The notes beneath the pieces are model-generated. The model saw nothing but the letters and a program-made list of their open reading frames with translations, was not told the origin of the DNA and did no database searches. The position numbers and the translations under genes were made by a program. Below, piece by piece: positions 8,755 through 17,729 of a stretch of 32,000 nucleotides of DNA; positions within the stretch are counted from its first letter, which is position 1, and every line of letters begins with the position of its first letter. This stretch comes from Erysipelothrix larvae (lineage in GTDB: Bacteria; Bacillota_I; Bacilli_A; Erysipelotrichales; Erysipelotrichaceae), in NCBI RefSeq assembly GCF_001545095.1, contig NZ_CP013213.1, positions 1,890,001 through 1,922,000 on the forward strand. Direction: 5' to 3'.

Positions 8755-9968
8755 TCAACACCTCCTATCATCTGATTAAATATCTCCGCAAATTTTATAG
8801 TATTTTCAGCTCTTGAGTAATACTTTTCTCCAAATCTTTTCCCATTTTCTGCAATTACATCTCGTATTTCTTTATTTTCATACAGTTGAACGATTGCTTG
8901 AGCTATACTATCTGGGTCTCTATTAGAAACAGAAACACCAATACCGTTATCATTGAACATTTTGTAATAATCTGAATTTTCATCAACAGAATTAACAATT
9001 GTCTTTTTACATGCCATTAATAGACCCGCTTTGCTTGGAACAGAATTTCCGATTACACCCCTTATTAAGGGAATCAAACAAATTGAACATGCGCTATATA
9101 CATCTGAAACCATATTTTGTGGTTCGAGCGGGAAAAATACAATGTTATCTAGGAAATTTTTATCGGCTTCTTGTCGAAATTTATCTTTCTGACTCCCCTC
9201 ACCAATCATATGAAATTCAATGTCTTGCCAATCTTTCAACTTCTCCGCAACCTTGAGGACCATTTTGTAATCAAATACATAACCCATGGTTCCTGCATAT
9301 TGAACGTAGAACATATGTCGTTTTAATTTGTATTTATTGACGAATCTATTTTCTGTCCAATCTACCTCATGAATTGATCTATCGTCAAACCAGTTGACAA
9401 TTGTATGAATCTTTTCTTCTTCGCCTCCTTGCTCAATAACCTTCCTTTTCATGTCTTCAGATATTACCGTTAAGACATCACTAAGGCTATATGTTATCCT
9501 TTGAAGCTTATAAAATAGTAGAGCTAACCATTTATTTGTCAAGACTCCACTACTTACTGCACTTCCAGGCCACATGTCCTGAATGCTATATAGAATTGGA
9601 TATCGTGTAAATAACTTCAAAAGTATGATTGAGAACATTACGGTGGGGCATGATTGTACAAAAACTGCATCAACTCCCTTTACTTTTTTCCATTTTAAGA
9701 AGGCTTTGAAGTGATAAACACCTTCCTCTAGATACCTTTTTATAAATGAACTTTTGTTTATCACCTTTCGATTGACTGAAATTGATTCGAAATTCAGCTT
9801 ATCATTAAGATTATCTGGAATATCATCATATATGCCTTGCCTACAACTTTGAATTAAAGTAATCTGAAACCCATCTTCTAAGAGATCTTCGATTAAGGTT
9901 CCAATTAAGTGATTCGACGGTCCTGGTGTATCAAACCCTTCAGTACATATGAATAGTATTTTTTTCAT
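8751..9968 (-). CDS. Glycosyltransferase GT4, WcaI/WbuB-like
   Basis: N-terminus MKKILFICTEGFDTPGPSNHL. The C-terminal region ..FFPLEPQNMVSDVYSACSICLIPL...SVPSKAGLLMA.. is typical of WcaI-type GT4. I prefer ATG 9968 (AGGAG 8 nt upstream) over the GTG at 9977. The TGA stop overlaps the next ATG. Confidence 0.7.
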   Translation of the reverse strand: MKKILFICTEGFDTPGPSNHLIGTLIEDLLEDGFQITLIQSCRQGIYDDIPDNLNDKLNFESISVNRKVINKSSFIKRYLEEGVYHFKAFLKWKKVKGVDAVFVQSCPTVMFSIILLKLFTRYPILYSIQDMWPGSAVSSGVLTNKWLALLFYKLQRITYSLSDVLTVISEDMKRKVIEQGGEEEKIHTIVNWFDDRSIHEVDWTENRFVNKYKLKRHMFYVQYAGTMGYVFDYKMVLKVAEKLKDWQDIEFHMIGEGSQKDKFRQEADKNFLDNIVFFPLEPQNMVSDVYSACSICLIPLIRGVIGNSVPSKAGLLMACKKTIVNSVDENSDYYKMFNDNGIGVSVSNRDPDSIAQAIVQLYENKEIRDVIAENGKRFGEKYYSRAENTIKFAEIFNQMIGGVE

Positions 9969-9969
9969 G

Positions 9970-10707
9970 TCATTCACTCCTATATCTTCCCCACAAATGA
10001 TACATAGTCACACAGCCCACATACTTAAATCCTATTGCTAAATAGAATTGTACCGCTGATATGTTATTTACTTGTGTTCCAACTTTAATATTTTTAATTC
10101 CTTGATCTATAACAAATGATTCCATGGTGTGAATCAATGACTTCCCCACTCTTTTCCCTTTATACTTTTCTTCAACAGCAATTAGTTCTATTACGCTACT
10201 CGTTTCATCTAGGGAGAATAGAATGAATCCCACTATATTACCTTCTCTTTCAGATATAACAAAAAACTTATTTTCCTGATTAAATGCATCTTCAGTCCAA
10301 TGAAGGTATATGTTGTTGGACTCTGATTTTGGAAGATTCGGATCATTAAAGAATCTGGAATAAGAAAACGATTTTTTTGCAATTCTCATTATTTGATCAT
10401 TTCTAGACATATTGCTAACTACATATGTTTTATCATCTTGATAATCTTGTTTACCACCTAGAGTTTTCTTAAATTGAATGTTCATATCAACTAAGAATGC
10501 ACTTGTTTTATTTCCAATCCATTGGTTATTCTCTTGTATGTTATCTATGTTTGAGATAGTTACAAAGTCATATCTTGCACAAAACTTTATAATATCCTTT
10601 TGATTATTCTCATTTACAATACCAGTTAGATTAACGCGAGCAGCCTTAACTCCAAAGTAATCTGTATCCCACTGTAAAGGCTTCAACTCATAATTTTTAG
10701 GAGTCAT
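9970..10707 (-). CDS. GNAT-family N-acetyltransferase, WecD-like two-domain architecture (predicted 4-amino-sugar N-acetyltransferase)
   Basis: The N-terminus ..LKPLQWDTDYFGVKAARV.. resembles the E. coli WecD N-terminus (..EPLTWENAFFGV..). The C-terminal GNAT core is ..IELIAVEEKYKGKRVGKSL... It lies between the PGT and the GTs, downstream of the dehydratase and aminotransferase. Confidence 0.65.
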   Translation of the reverse strand: MTPKNYELKPLQWDTDYFGVKAARVNLTGIVNENNQKDIIKFCARYDFVTISNIDNIQENNQWIGNKTSAFLVDMNIQFKKTLGGKQDYQDDKTYVVSNMSRNDQIMRIAKKSFSYSRFFNDPNLPKSESNNIYLHWTEDAFNQENKFFVISEREGNIVGFILFSLDETSSVIELIAVEEKYKGKRVGKSLIHTMESFVIDQGIKNIKVGTQVNNISAVQFYLAIGFKYVGCVTMYHLWGRYRSE

Positions 10708-11326
10708 TAGCTTTCTCGTCCTTCACATTGTCTGACTTCTGTTCACCGTACACTTTTTCTCTTTTTATTATTAGTACCACTGTTTTTAATAATACTTTTA
10801 CGTCCATCCACAATGTCAAATGGTCGATATAGTAAATATCCTTCTTTATTCTATCTTTCCAAGGTATTGCATTTCTAAAGTAAGCTTGACTATATCCTGT
10901 AATTCCTGGTCGAACTTCAAGTTTTCTATATTCGTTCCCTTCATATAGGCTCCTATGTTCTATAAGGTCTGGTCTTGGACCGATAATGCTCATATCCCCT
11001 TTAAAGACATTTAACAGTTGTGGTGTTTCATCAAGACTTGTTTTTCGAATGAATCTCCCAATTTTCGTCAACCTTTGGTCATCCTTTGCATTATATGTTG
11101 AACCATCAAAATTTCGAATATCGGGGGCATTCATTTTCATTGACCTAAACTTATACATATTAAATGACTTTCCATTTTTCCCAAGTCTTGGTGCATTATA
11201 GAAAAGAGTCCCTTTATCCTCAAAATATATTAAAGGAACAATTACCACTACTATGACAAGAAACATTGGAAAAGCGATAATGGCTAAAAGCAGATCAAAT
11301 ATTCTCTTAAAGTATTCTTGATACAT
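10697..11326 (-). CDS. Small monotopic phosphoglycosyl transferase (bacterial sugar transferase family, PglC/WcfS-like), initiating enzyme of locus A
   Basis: 209 aa with a single N-terminal hydrophobic helix. Motifs are FYNAPRLGKNGKSFNMYKFRSM, LDETPQLLNV.KGDMSIIGPRP and GITGYSQ. RBS AGGGGGA lies 6 nt upstream. Confidence 0.85.
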   Translation of the reverse strand: MYQEYFKRIFDLLLAIIAFPMFLVIVVVIVPLIYFEDKGTLFYNAPRLGKNGKSFNMYKFRSMKMNAPDIRNFDGSTYNAKDDQRLTKIGRFIRKTSLDETPQLLNVFKGDMSIIGPRPDLIEHRSLYEGNEYRKLEVRPGITGYSQAYFRNAIPWKDRIKKDIYYIDHLTLWMDVKVLLKTVVLIIKREKVYGEQKSDNVKDEKANDS

Positions 11327-11345
11327 ATTATTCCCCCTATTGTGA

Positions 11346-12551
11346 TTAATGGAATGATTCTTTAAAAATGTTTACGACATATTCAATGTCTTCATCAGTT
11401 AATAGCGTGTGCAGTGGTAACGTAATTTCGTTTTGGAACATTTCATAAGCATTTGGATAATCCTCTATTTTGAACGCTAGGTTTCTATATGCTTCAAGCA
11501 TTGGTAATGGTTTATAATGGACGTTGGTTGCTATACCTTTTTCCGCCATTCTCTTAATCACTTCATTCCTGAAAGATTCGTTTTTCCCTGTCAATCTCAA
11601 TAAGTACAAATGACCACAAGACTTACTGCTTTCATCATAATGTTTCATAGACGTCACATTTAATCCACTTAATAGTTCATCATATTTTTCAATCATATGT
11701 TTTCTTTTATCAATAATACTTGGATACCTTTTAAACTGTGCAAGACCCAAAGATGCCATAATATCTGTCATATTGCATTTATAGTAAGGTGCTACTATGT
11801 CATACTCCCAGGATCCTAACTTAGTTTTTGCTAATGCATCTTTAGATTGTCCATGAATAGAAAAAAGCATATATTGTCGGTAAATCTCTTCATTATCAAT
11901 ACCATTAATGTCCTTCCATGTAACCATCCCACCTTCTCCAGTCGTTAGATTTTTTACAGCATGAAAGGAGAATGAGGTGAAATCTGCAACTTCTCCACTC
12001 ATTTTCCCTTGATAAGTAGCACCTATTGAATGAGCTGCATCTGCAATAACAATTATCCTTCCAAATGCTTCTTGGAGTTTATTAGTCGGATTAAAAAAGC
12101 TCTTTTTACGTTCTATTGCTTCATATATTTTGTCGTAATCACACATTACTCCCCCAATATCAACTGGAATAATTACTTTAGTTTTCTCTGTTATAGCATT
12201 TTCAATCCCATCATAATCAATATGGAATGAGTTTTTCCCTGTGTCAACAAGCACTACTTTTGCTCCAACATGCGTAATTACACTCGCAGTCGCAGAATAA
12301 GTATATGCACTTGTAATAACTTCATCTCCAGGGCCAATACCTAGTAGTCGCAGCGTTATTTCCATAGCTGCAGTAGCTGAGTTAAGAGCAACTGCTTTAC
12401 TGGTGTGGCAATACTCAGCAATTTTCTTTTCAAAGAGCTTTGTTTTTGGACCTGTAGTAATCCAACCTGACCTTAATGTATCAACTACTTCATTTATTTC
12501 TTCATCTGAAATATCAGGTGGAGAAAATGGAATATTTCTTATAGTATTCAT
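11346..12551 (-). CDS. DegT/DnrJ/EryC1-family PLP-dependent sugar aminotransferase (PglE-like)
   Basis: N-terminus IPFSPPDISDEEINEV..LRSGWITTGPK. PLP-lysine motif SFSFHAVKNLTTGEGG. RBS GGGAGGA lies upstream. Confidence 0.88.
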   Translation of the reverse strand: MNTIRNIPFSPPDISDEEINEVVDTLRSGWITTGPKTKLFEKKIAEYCHTSKAVALNSATAAMEITLRLLGIGPGDEVITSAYTYSATASVITHVGAKVVLVDTGKNSFHIDYDGIENAITEKTKVIIPVDIGGVMCDYDKIYEAIERKKSFFNPTNKLQEAFGRIIVIADAAHSIGATYQGKMSGEVADFTSFSFHAVKNLTTGEGGMVTWKDINGIDNEEIYRQYMLFSIHGQSKDALAKTKLGSWEYDIVAPYYKCNMTDIMASLGLAQFKRYPSIIDKRKHMIEKYDELLSGLNVTSMKHYDESSKSCGHLYLLRLTGKNESFRNEVIKRMAEKGIATNVHYKPLPMLEAYRNLAFKIEDYPNAYEMFQNEITLPLHTLLTDEDIEYVVNIFKESFH

Positions 12552-12702
12552 TTTATTATCCTCCCATAGTGCTAATACGAATTGGCTTGTAAAAATTAAT
12601 AATTAAACTCTAGACTGTGTGTAATCTTTTATAATAGTTTCCATATATTCAAACCGAGTCTGTCATCTATCGATATTTTTGATTAGCTATTTAAGTTCTC
12701 GC

Positions 12703-14544
12703 TTAAGTATAGGTTTTAACTACTTTTTTAAGTATTATCTTAATATCATTTGAATTCTCTTTGTATAGGCTCGCTTCAATTTCCGTAAGGTATGATTGAA
12801 TATCATCGTCCTTCCATAGTGTTGGCGTTGCGACATAGATAAGTTTGTTATCAGTTTTTCGTAACGTTTCTGTCCCCATGAGGAGTTCTTCATAGAGTTT
12901 TTCACCCGGTCTTAAACCAGTGTATTGAATTTCAATATCCTTATCCGGTTCATAGCCTGAGAGTCGGATCATCTTACGTGCCAAGTCATCAATCTTAACG
13001 GGTTTTCCCATATCTAAGACGAATATTTCTCCACCAAGTGCATATGCTGACGCTTGAAGGACTAGACTCACTGCTTCTGGAATGGTCATAAAATATCGAA
13101 CGATGTTAGGGTCCGTTACGGTTACAGGCCCACCTTCTTCAATCTGCTTTTGAAAGAGTGGAATAACTGAGCCATTTGAACCCAGAACATTCCCAAATCG
13201 TACAGCAACAAACTTTGTATTGGACTTCATGCATCTTTGACTTTGGATCATCATTTCGATGAATCTTTTTGTTGCACCCATAACATTTGTGGGGTTAACT
13301 GCTTTGTCGGTTGATATATTCACAAATGTTTCAACACCATACTTAATACTCACATCGATTAGATTTTTCGTACCGAAAATGTTGTTCTTTATGGCCTCTT
13401 GGGGTGATGTTTCCATGAGTGGAACGTGTTTATGTGCAGCAGCATGGAATACAAGATCAAATTTTTCTTCACTAAATAATGCTTCCAGCCTGTTTTCATC
13501 TCTAATTGAACCAATGACAGCTTTAATTTCAGTATCACAGGATGTTATGTTCTTACGCGAGTGGATCATTAACTCTTGTTCTATTGCATACAGACCTGTT
13601 TCATTTATATCGAATAATACAATCCGTGTTGGTTTGTATTGAATAATTTGTCTGACTAACTCACTTCCAATTGACCCACCAGCACCTGTAACGATTACTT
13701 TCTTGCCATTTATCTTTTCCAAGATACCATCGGAATCAATTCTTACTTCACTGCGATTCAATAAATCCTTTATGTCAATTTTTCGAAGTTTATTTTTGAC
13801 ATTGTTTGGATCAGTCAGTGCGACTGATGACATCACGTGTACAACCTTAGCACCTGAGTCAAATACCAGGTTAGAAATTCTTTTTAGTTCTCCATTGGTG
13901 ACACTTGGCATTGCGATGATGACTTGGTTTACTTTTTTTTGTTTAACAAGACGCTTCAGACTTTGGCCATTTCCAACAACAGGATAGCCATCAATGTCAA
14001 ATCCTATCAAGGAAGGATTATCATCCACAAATCCAAGTACACGATATTCATAGTCATCGTTTTGTAGGATTTCTTTGATTAACAGTCGCCCAGCATTTCC
14101 TGCGCCATATATTAAAGTAGCATTTGATGTGGTTTTTTGATTGTGTCTATGGCGTAATGTTAGAACACCCCGTGAGTAAAAATGAATTGTTACATTAAAG
14201 ATAGTTACGACAAAGAAGCTGATTAGAATCACACTTCCTGGCATATCATCCAATACTGAGAATTGAGTTTTTAAACATGTCAGTATGAGTGTAGCGAGAA
14301 GGTTTGCGGAAACGATTGAGATACCATCTCCAATACTTGCTGCTGATAGCACTGCTTTGTGGATCTTAAATACGATAAAAGAGCATAAATAGATGATGAG
14401 TACAATTGGAAGTAATCTAAAGAAACCTTCAAATTGAAGCATGACCTGAACATTAAACTCAAGTCTCACCCACAACGATAAAATATAACCAATTAGTACT
14501 ACCGCTAAATCCGCAACAATAACAGCCAATGCTTTGGATTTCAA
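12703..14544 (-). CDS. capD: Membrane-anchored CapD/PglF-type UDP-GlcNAc 4,6-dehydratase (polysaccharide biosynthesis protein CapD family)
   Basis: Four N-terminal TM helices, then two Rossmann motifs (IYGAGNAGRLL and VTGAGGSIGSEL) and FHAAAHKHVPLME. The probable start is the TTG at 14544, preceded by AAGGGGAGGGG (14551-14561). The ORF-track TTG at 14571 would place that RBS inside the gene. Confidence 0.85.
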   Translation of the reverse strand: MKSKALAVIVADLAVVLIGYILSLWVRLEFNVQVMLQFEGFFRLLPIVLIIYLCSFIVFKIHKAVLSAASIGDGISIVSANLLATLILTCLKTQFSVLDDMPGSVILISFFVVTIFNVTIHFYSRGVLTLRHRHNQKTTSNATLIYGAGNAGRLLIKEILQNDDYEYRVLGFVDDNPSLIGFDIDGYPVVGNGQSLKRLVKQKKVNQVIIAMPSVTNGELKRISNLVFDSGAKVVHVMSSVALTDPNNVKNKLRKIDIKDLLNRSEVRIDSDGILEKINGKKVIVTGAGGSIGSELVRQIIQYKPTRIVLFDINETGLYAIEQELMIHSRKNITSCDTEIKAVIGSIRDENRLEALFSEEKFDLVFHAAAHKHVPLMETSPQEAIKNNIFGTKNLIDVSIKYGVETFVNISTDKAVNPTNVMGATKRFIEMMIQSQRCMKSNTKFVAVRFGNVLGSNGSVIPLFQKQIEEGGPVTVTDPNIVRYFMTIPEAVSLVLQASAYALGGEIFVLDMGKPVKIDDLARKMIRLSGYEPDKDIEIQYTGLRPGEKLYEELLMGTETLRKTDNKLIYVATPTLWKDDDIQSYLTEIEASLYKENSNDIKIILKKVVKTYT

Positions 14545-14567
14545 ATTAATCGCCCCTCCCCTTAAGT

Positions 14568-15317
14568 TCAAATGTATTTACCTAAAAAACTTCTTATTTT
14601 TGAAGGTTGTTGAACACTTATAATTTCATTCTCTAAAACTTGTTTGACATTGACCATCCATGTATTCCAAAGCTTAGGATGCTTTTCTTTAATTGCTTGT
14701 TTTGCTTTGATCATGTTTGATGGTCTTTTGTCTATTGAATGGACATCACTTGCAATACAGTGAATCCATCCATGTCTCATACAGGCATGGATGAAACTTG
14801 ATTGTGATTGATCAATAAATGACGATGCGTTGACTTGCATCAGCACACCACACTTCATTAAATCAATCGGTAAGTCTAAATTGTCTTTAAAATATGGATA
14901 GCGCTCCATGTGTGCAATGATTGGAATATACCCCATCCCAATAAGCTCGCTGATTTGATTCATAAGATTGCTGGGTAGGGTTCGTGGTGAAAACTCAATG
15001 AGTATATAGTCCGTGTTTTCAATGACTAAATCCTCAAGATTCATTTCAAACAGTTTTGAAGAGTATAATACTTCAGCACCCTTGAGAATTGTGATATCTC
15101 TATGCGTTTCAAGAATTGCTTGTTTAAGAATCTGGCAGTTTTTATCTCTGAGTTCAATAAATGCATCAAGATCCTGTTTCAGTGGATTATAATGGGGTGT
15201 TAATACGATTGTATGAACTCCTTGTTCAAGCTGCATGTCAATCAGTGCAAGGGAATCTTCAAGTGTTTTAGCCCCATCATCAATTCCAAATAATATATGG
15301 GTATGGATATCGATCAT
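14568..15317 (-). CDS. wzh: Mn-dependent protein-tyrosine phosphatase, PHP family (CpsB/Wzh/YwqE type), locus A
   Basis: MIDIHTHILFGIDDGAK.. plus TPHYNP and ..IASDVHS.. metal-binding motifs. TAATG overlaps the kinase stop. Confidence 0.9.
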   Translation of the reverse strand: MIDIHTHILFGIDDGAKTLEDSLALIDMQLEQGVHTIVLTPHYNPLKQDLDAFIELRDKNCQILKQAILETHRDITILKGAEVLYSSKLFEMNLEDLVIENTDYILIEFSPRTLPSNLMNQISELIGMGYIPIIAHMERYPYFKDNLDLPIDLMKCGVLMQVNASSFIDQSQSSFIHACMRHGWIHCIASDVHSIDKRPSNMIKAKQAIKEKHPKLWNTWMVNVKQVLENEIISVQQPSKIRSFLGKYI

Positions 15318-16051
15318 TATTTCGAATCTACTCCATAGGTGTAGTCATAAGCATAGGAACCTGAACCCCGTGTATCCTTGGTGCTCTTGTAATCACTCAT
15401 AACGACCCCAAGTACTTTTGTACCCGTTTGCTCAAATGATTTTAAGGCGTGTTTTATTAAATCAATCTCTGCATAATTTTGCTTTACAATAAATAAGAGG
15501 CCATCAACATAACGCGATAATACAACGGCATCTGTAACGACACCCGCCGGGGGTGTATCTATAATCACAACATCATACTTCTCTTTAAGCTCTGACATGA
15601 TTTCACCAGTATGCTCTCTTGATAGTAATTCAGAAGCATTTGGTGGAATTGATCCTGACAGCATCACATCAATCTCAAGGGGTGGAAACATATAAATGGC
15701 ATCTTCGAGTTTAGTTCTTCCCGCAAGCACTGTAGAGAACCCATCTTGTACCTTTTTGCGAATCCTTAAATATTTATGCACTGAAGGTGACCTTAAGTCA
15801 GCGTCAATTAAAAGTACTTTCTTTCCCGCCATTGATAAGGATCGTGCCAAGTTGACCGAAACAGAACTCTTCCCTTCACCAGGAAGGCTACTGGATACTA
15901 AGATTGTTTTAACATCACCACTGTAAGTCATAAAGCTTAGGTTTGTTCTGAGTGAACGATACCCTTCAACAAATGAAAATGATGAATTGTCATCAAGAAT
16001 ATCAATCTTGTTATGGTTTGACGCACTCAACATTGCCTTTTTTCGAAACAT
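15317..16051 (-). CDS. wze: BY-kinase cytoplasmic subunit (CpsD/Wze/YwqD type), locus A
   Basis: Walker A SSLPGEGKSSVS, Walker A' VLLIDADLR, Walker B VVIIDTPP. The C-terminal Tyr cluster is SYAYDYTYG. Confidence 0.9.
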   Translation of the reverse strand: MFRKKAMLSASNHNKIDILDDNSSFSFVEGYRSLRTNLSFMTYSGDVKTILVSSSLPGEGKSSVSVNLARSLSMAGKKVLLIDADLRSPSVHKYLRIRKKVQDGFSTVLAGRTKLEDAIYMFPPLEIDVMLSGSIPPNASELLSREHTGEIMSELKEKYDVVIIDTPPAGVVTDAVVLSRYVDGLLFIVKQNYAEIDLIKHALKSFEQTGTKVLGVVMSDYKSTKDTRGSGSYAYDYTYGVDSK

Positions 16052-16063
16052 TATGTATCCCCC

Positions 16064-16771
16064 CTATCTACCCTTTGTTGTATTTGGAATGATTCCAATT
16101 ACTGGAAATCCTAAGTGCTTCTCAATATCCTCTGGTGATCGCACTGTACGATCAAGGATATGTCTCACGAACACAACACCACTTGCACACAGAACTCCAA
16201 TGATGAATGCAATGAGTGAATTCATGAATATACTTGGTGACACAGGCGTTGTTGGGAAAAGTGGACTGGATATAATTCTCACTGAACCTGCCTCAACCAT
16301 GTCTACAATAATATCCGGTGCAACATTCACGATTTCATTTGCATAACCATACGCTTTGTCTGGATCGGTATCTCTTACAGATATACGAAACACTTGTGTA
16401 TTATCAACAGCAGATACGGATACATTCTTAGCGAGATCTTCCGTTTCAAGATTTGAATTCGTATTTGAAATTACGGGATTCAACACCACATCACTCTTGA
16501 TAATAATGCTGTACACAGTCGCAAGTCCACGTGCAGATATAATCTCATCGTTTGTTATTACGCCTGTATTCTCTTCTCTTCGATTGTTTACAATCAAGGT
16601 CGCATTGCTTTCATAAACAGGATCAACCAAGAACCTTGTCCATAAGAATCCCCCAATTGAAAATCCCAATCCCACTAAAACAATGAGCACTATAAAAGGT
16701 TTAAAAACCCCATATATTTCAGACACGCTTATTTCATTGTCTAAAACTAAATCGTTACTAAATTGATTCAC
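16064..16771 (-). CDS. wzd: Chain-length regulator / BY-kinase transmembrane activator (CpsC/Wzd/YwqC, Wzz family), locus A
   Basis: Two TM helices flank a Wzz-like loop (ATLIVNN..., ..VSVSAVDNTQVFRISV..). I prefer the GTG start at 16771, for two reasons. GGAGGG lies 5 nt upstream, and the N-terminus then aligns with paralog B (VNQFSNDLVLDNEISVSEIY vs MNQNNNVEFIQEDEISIRELY). The 30 extra codons in the ORF track have no counterpart. Confidence 0.85.
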   Translation of the reverse strand: MNQFSNDLVLDNEISVSEIYGVFKPFIVLIVLVGLGFSIGGFLWTRFLVDPVYESNATLIVNNRREENTGVITNDEIISARGLATVYSIIIKSDVVLNPVISNTNSNLETEDLAKNVSVSAVDNTQVFRISVRDTDPDKAYGYANEIVNVAPDIIVDMVEAGSVRIISSPLFPTTPVSPSIFMNSLIAFIIGVLCASGVVFVRHILDRTVRSPEDIEKHLGFPVIGIIPNTTKGR

Positions 16772-16776
16772 GTTTT

Positions 16777-16782
16777 CCCTCC
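16777..16782 (-). promoter_or_regulatory. Shine-Dalgarno GGAGGG, 5-nt spacer, GTG start of wzd-A
   Basis: The minus strand reads ctGGAGGGaaaacGTGaatcaa. Confidence 0.7.
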
Positions 16783-17660
16783 AGCAATACAATTGCCCAA
16801 CTAAACTCCTAGATTTTATGTCTTTACGAATTACCATCAATGGACACTTGAACCATTTCATATTCGTCCTGAAATTAATGCATCAGTCATCACTTTATGC
16901 ATGGTTATTCAATTACTTAAAGACGACAAAACCAATTGTTTTTCACCTTCTTATGTCACACAACATAATGGTTTTTTATATATTATTTGATACGTTTACA
17001 GTGCTAACATGATCTTTCTTAACCAAAACGATACCCATTTTATGTTTTGATTTAGATCAATAGAAGTCCCACCTATATTAATTTCAAATAGTTACGTTTT
17101 ATATTCTTGCTGTATAAAACAGCAGGTTATTCATCGTGGGGGTTATTTTTAAAAACTGTACTCATTTGAAATTAATACACCCGATTCATTGAATCGACTG
17201 TTTAATATCTGACGTGACAAGCATTTAATATCAAAACGCTTACCTAACAGACGATGATTCATAGGATGTTGTATAAACACCAGCCTCTATATGAATCCAT
17301 ATTTATTTGATCCACAGTTACGCATTCATAAAAGACGATCACTAACCTTTTACGAATTGGTATCTTTAGTCAATCCCCACACATTTTGTGATTCAATTAA
17401 CCACAAAAAAAATAACTTTCTTTGTAAACTTAGCATTTATTTCAGTATGATCCTCGATACGCTACTAACACGTTTCTTTATCCCATCATACTTAAGAAAT
17501 AAGGCTTTATTAGCATTTAAGCTTCCATAAAAGTTATCTCATCATTTTTTATATAATCCCCCCCATGTCTTCAAATTATTTACACTAAGCATAAAAAGCT
17601 ACTTTCGTTTATAAACCGATCCAAAGGTGTATCAATACAACCACAGGTTTCCTCAATCCG

Positions 17661-17729
17661 ATACTGGATATGCTTTAATCTACTCGTACAATGCTTACCT
17701 TGATTAATATTCCATGACTGTGACTTAAC
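17661..17729. repeat. Copy 1 of a ~70-90 bp direct repeat (copy 2 at 20234..20303)
   Basis: atactggatatgctttaatctactcgtaca.. is identical over the first 31 nt in both copies, then about 85-90% identical with a 1-nt indel. Weaker similarity continues to about 17750 / 20325. Confidence 0.85.

Noticed and set aside
17077-17176. The inverted repeat upstream of locus A as an invertible promoter (inverton) controlling capsule phase variation.
   Set aside because: The arms are only 13 bp and enclose just 74 bp, with no obvious -35/-10 pair inside. No site-specific recombinase gene is in the window. I kept it as a low-interest structural observation only.
17291-17530. 79-aa plus-strand ORF in the locus A leader region.
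   Set aside because: It has no Shine-Dalgarno and a low-complexity AT-driven composition. I recognise no family. It lies in a region full of relic sequence, so it is probably non-coding.
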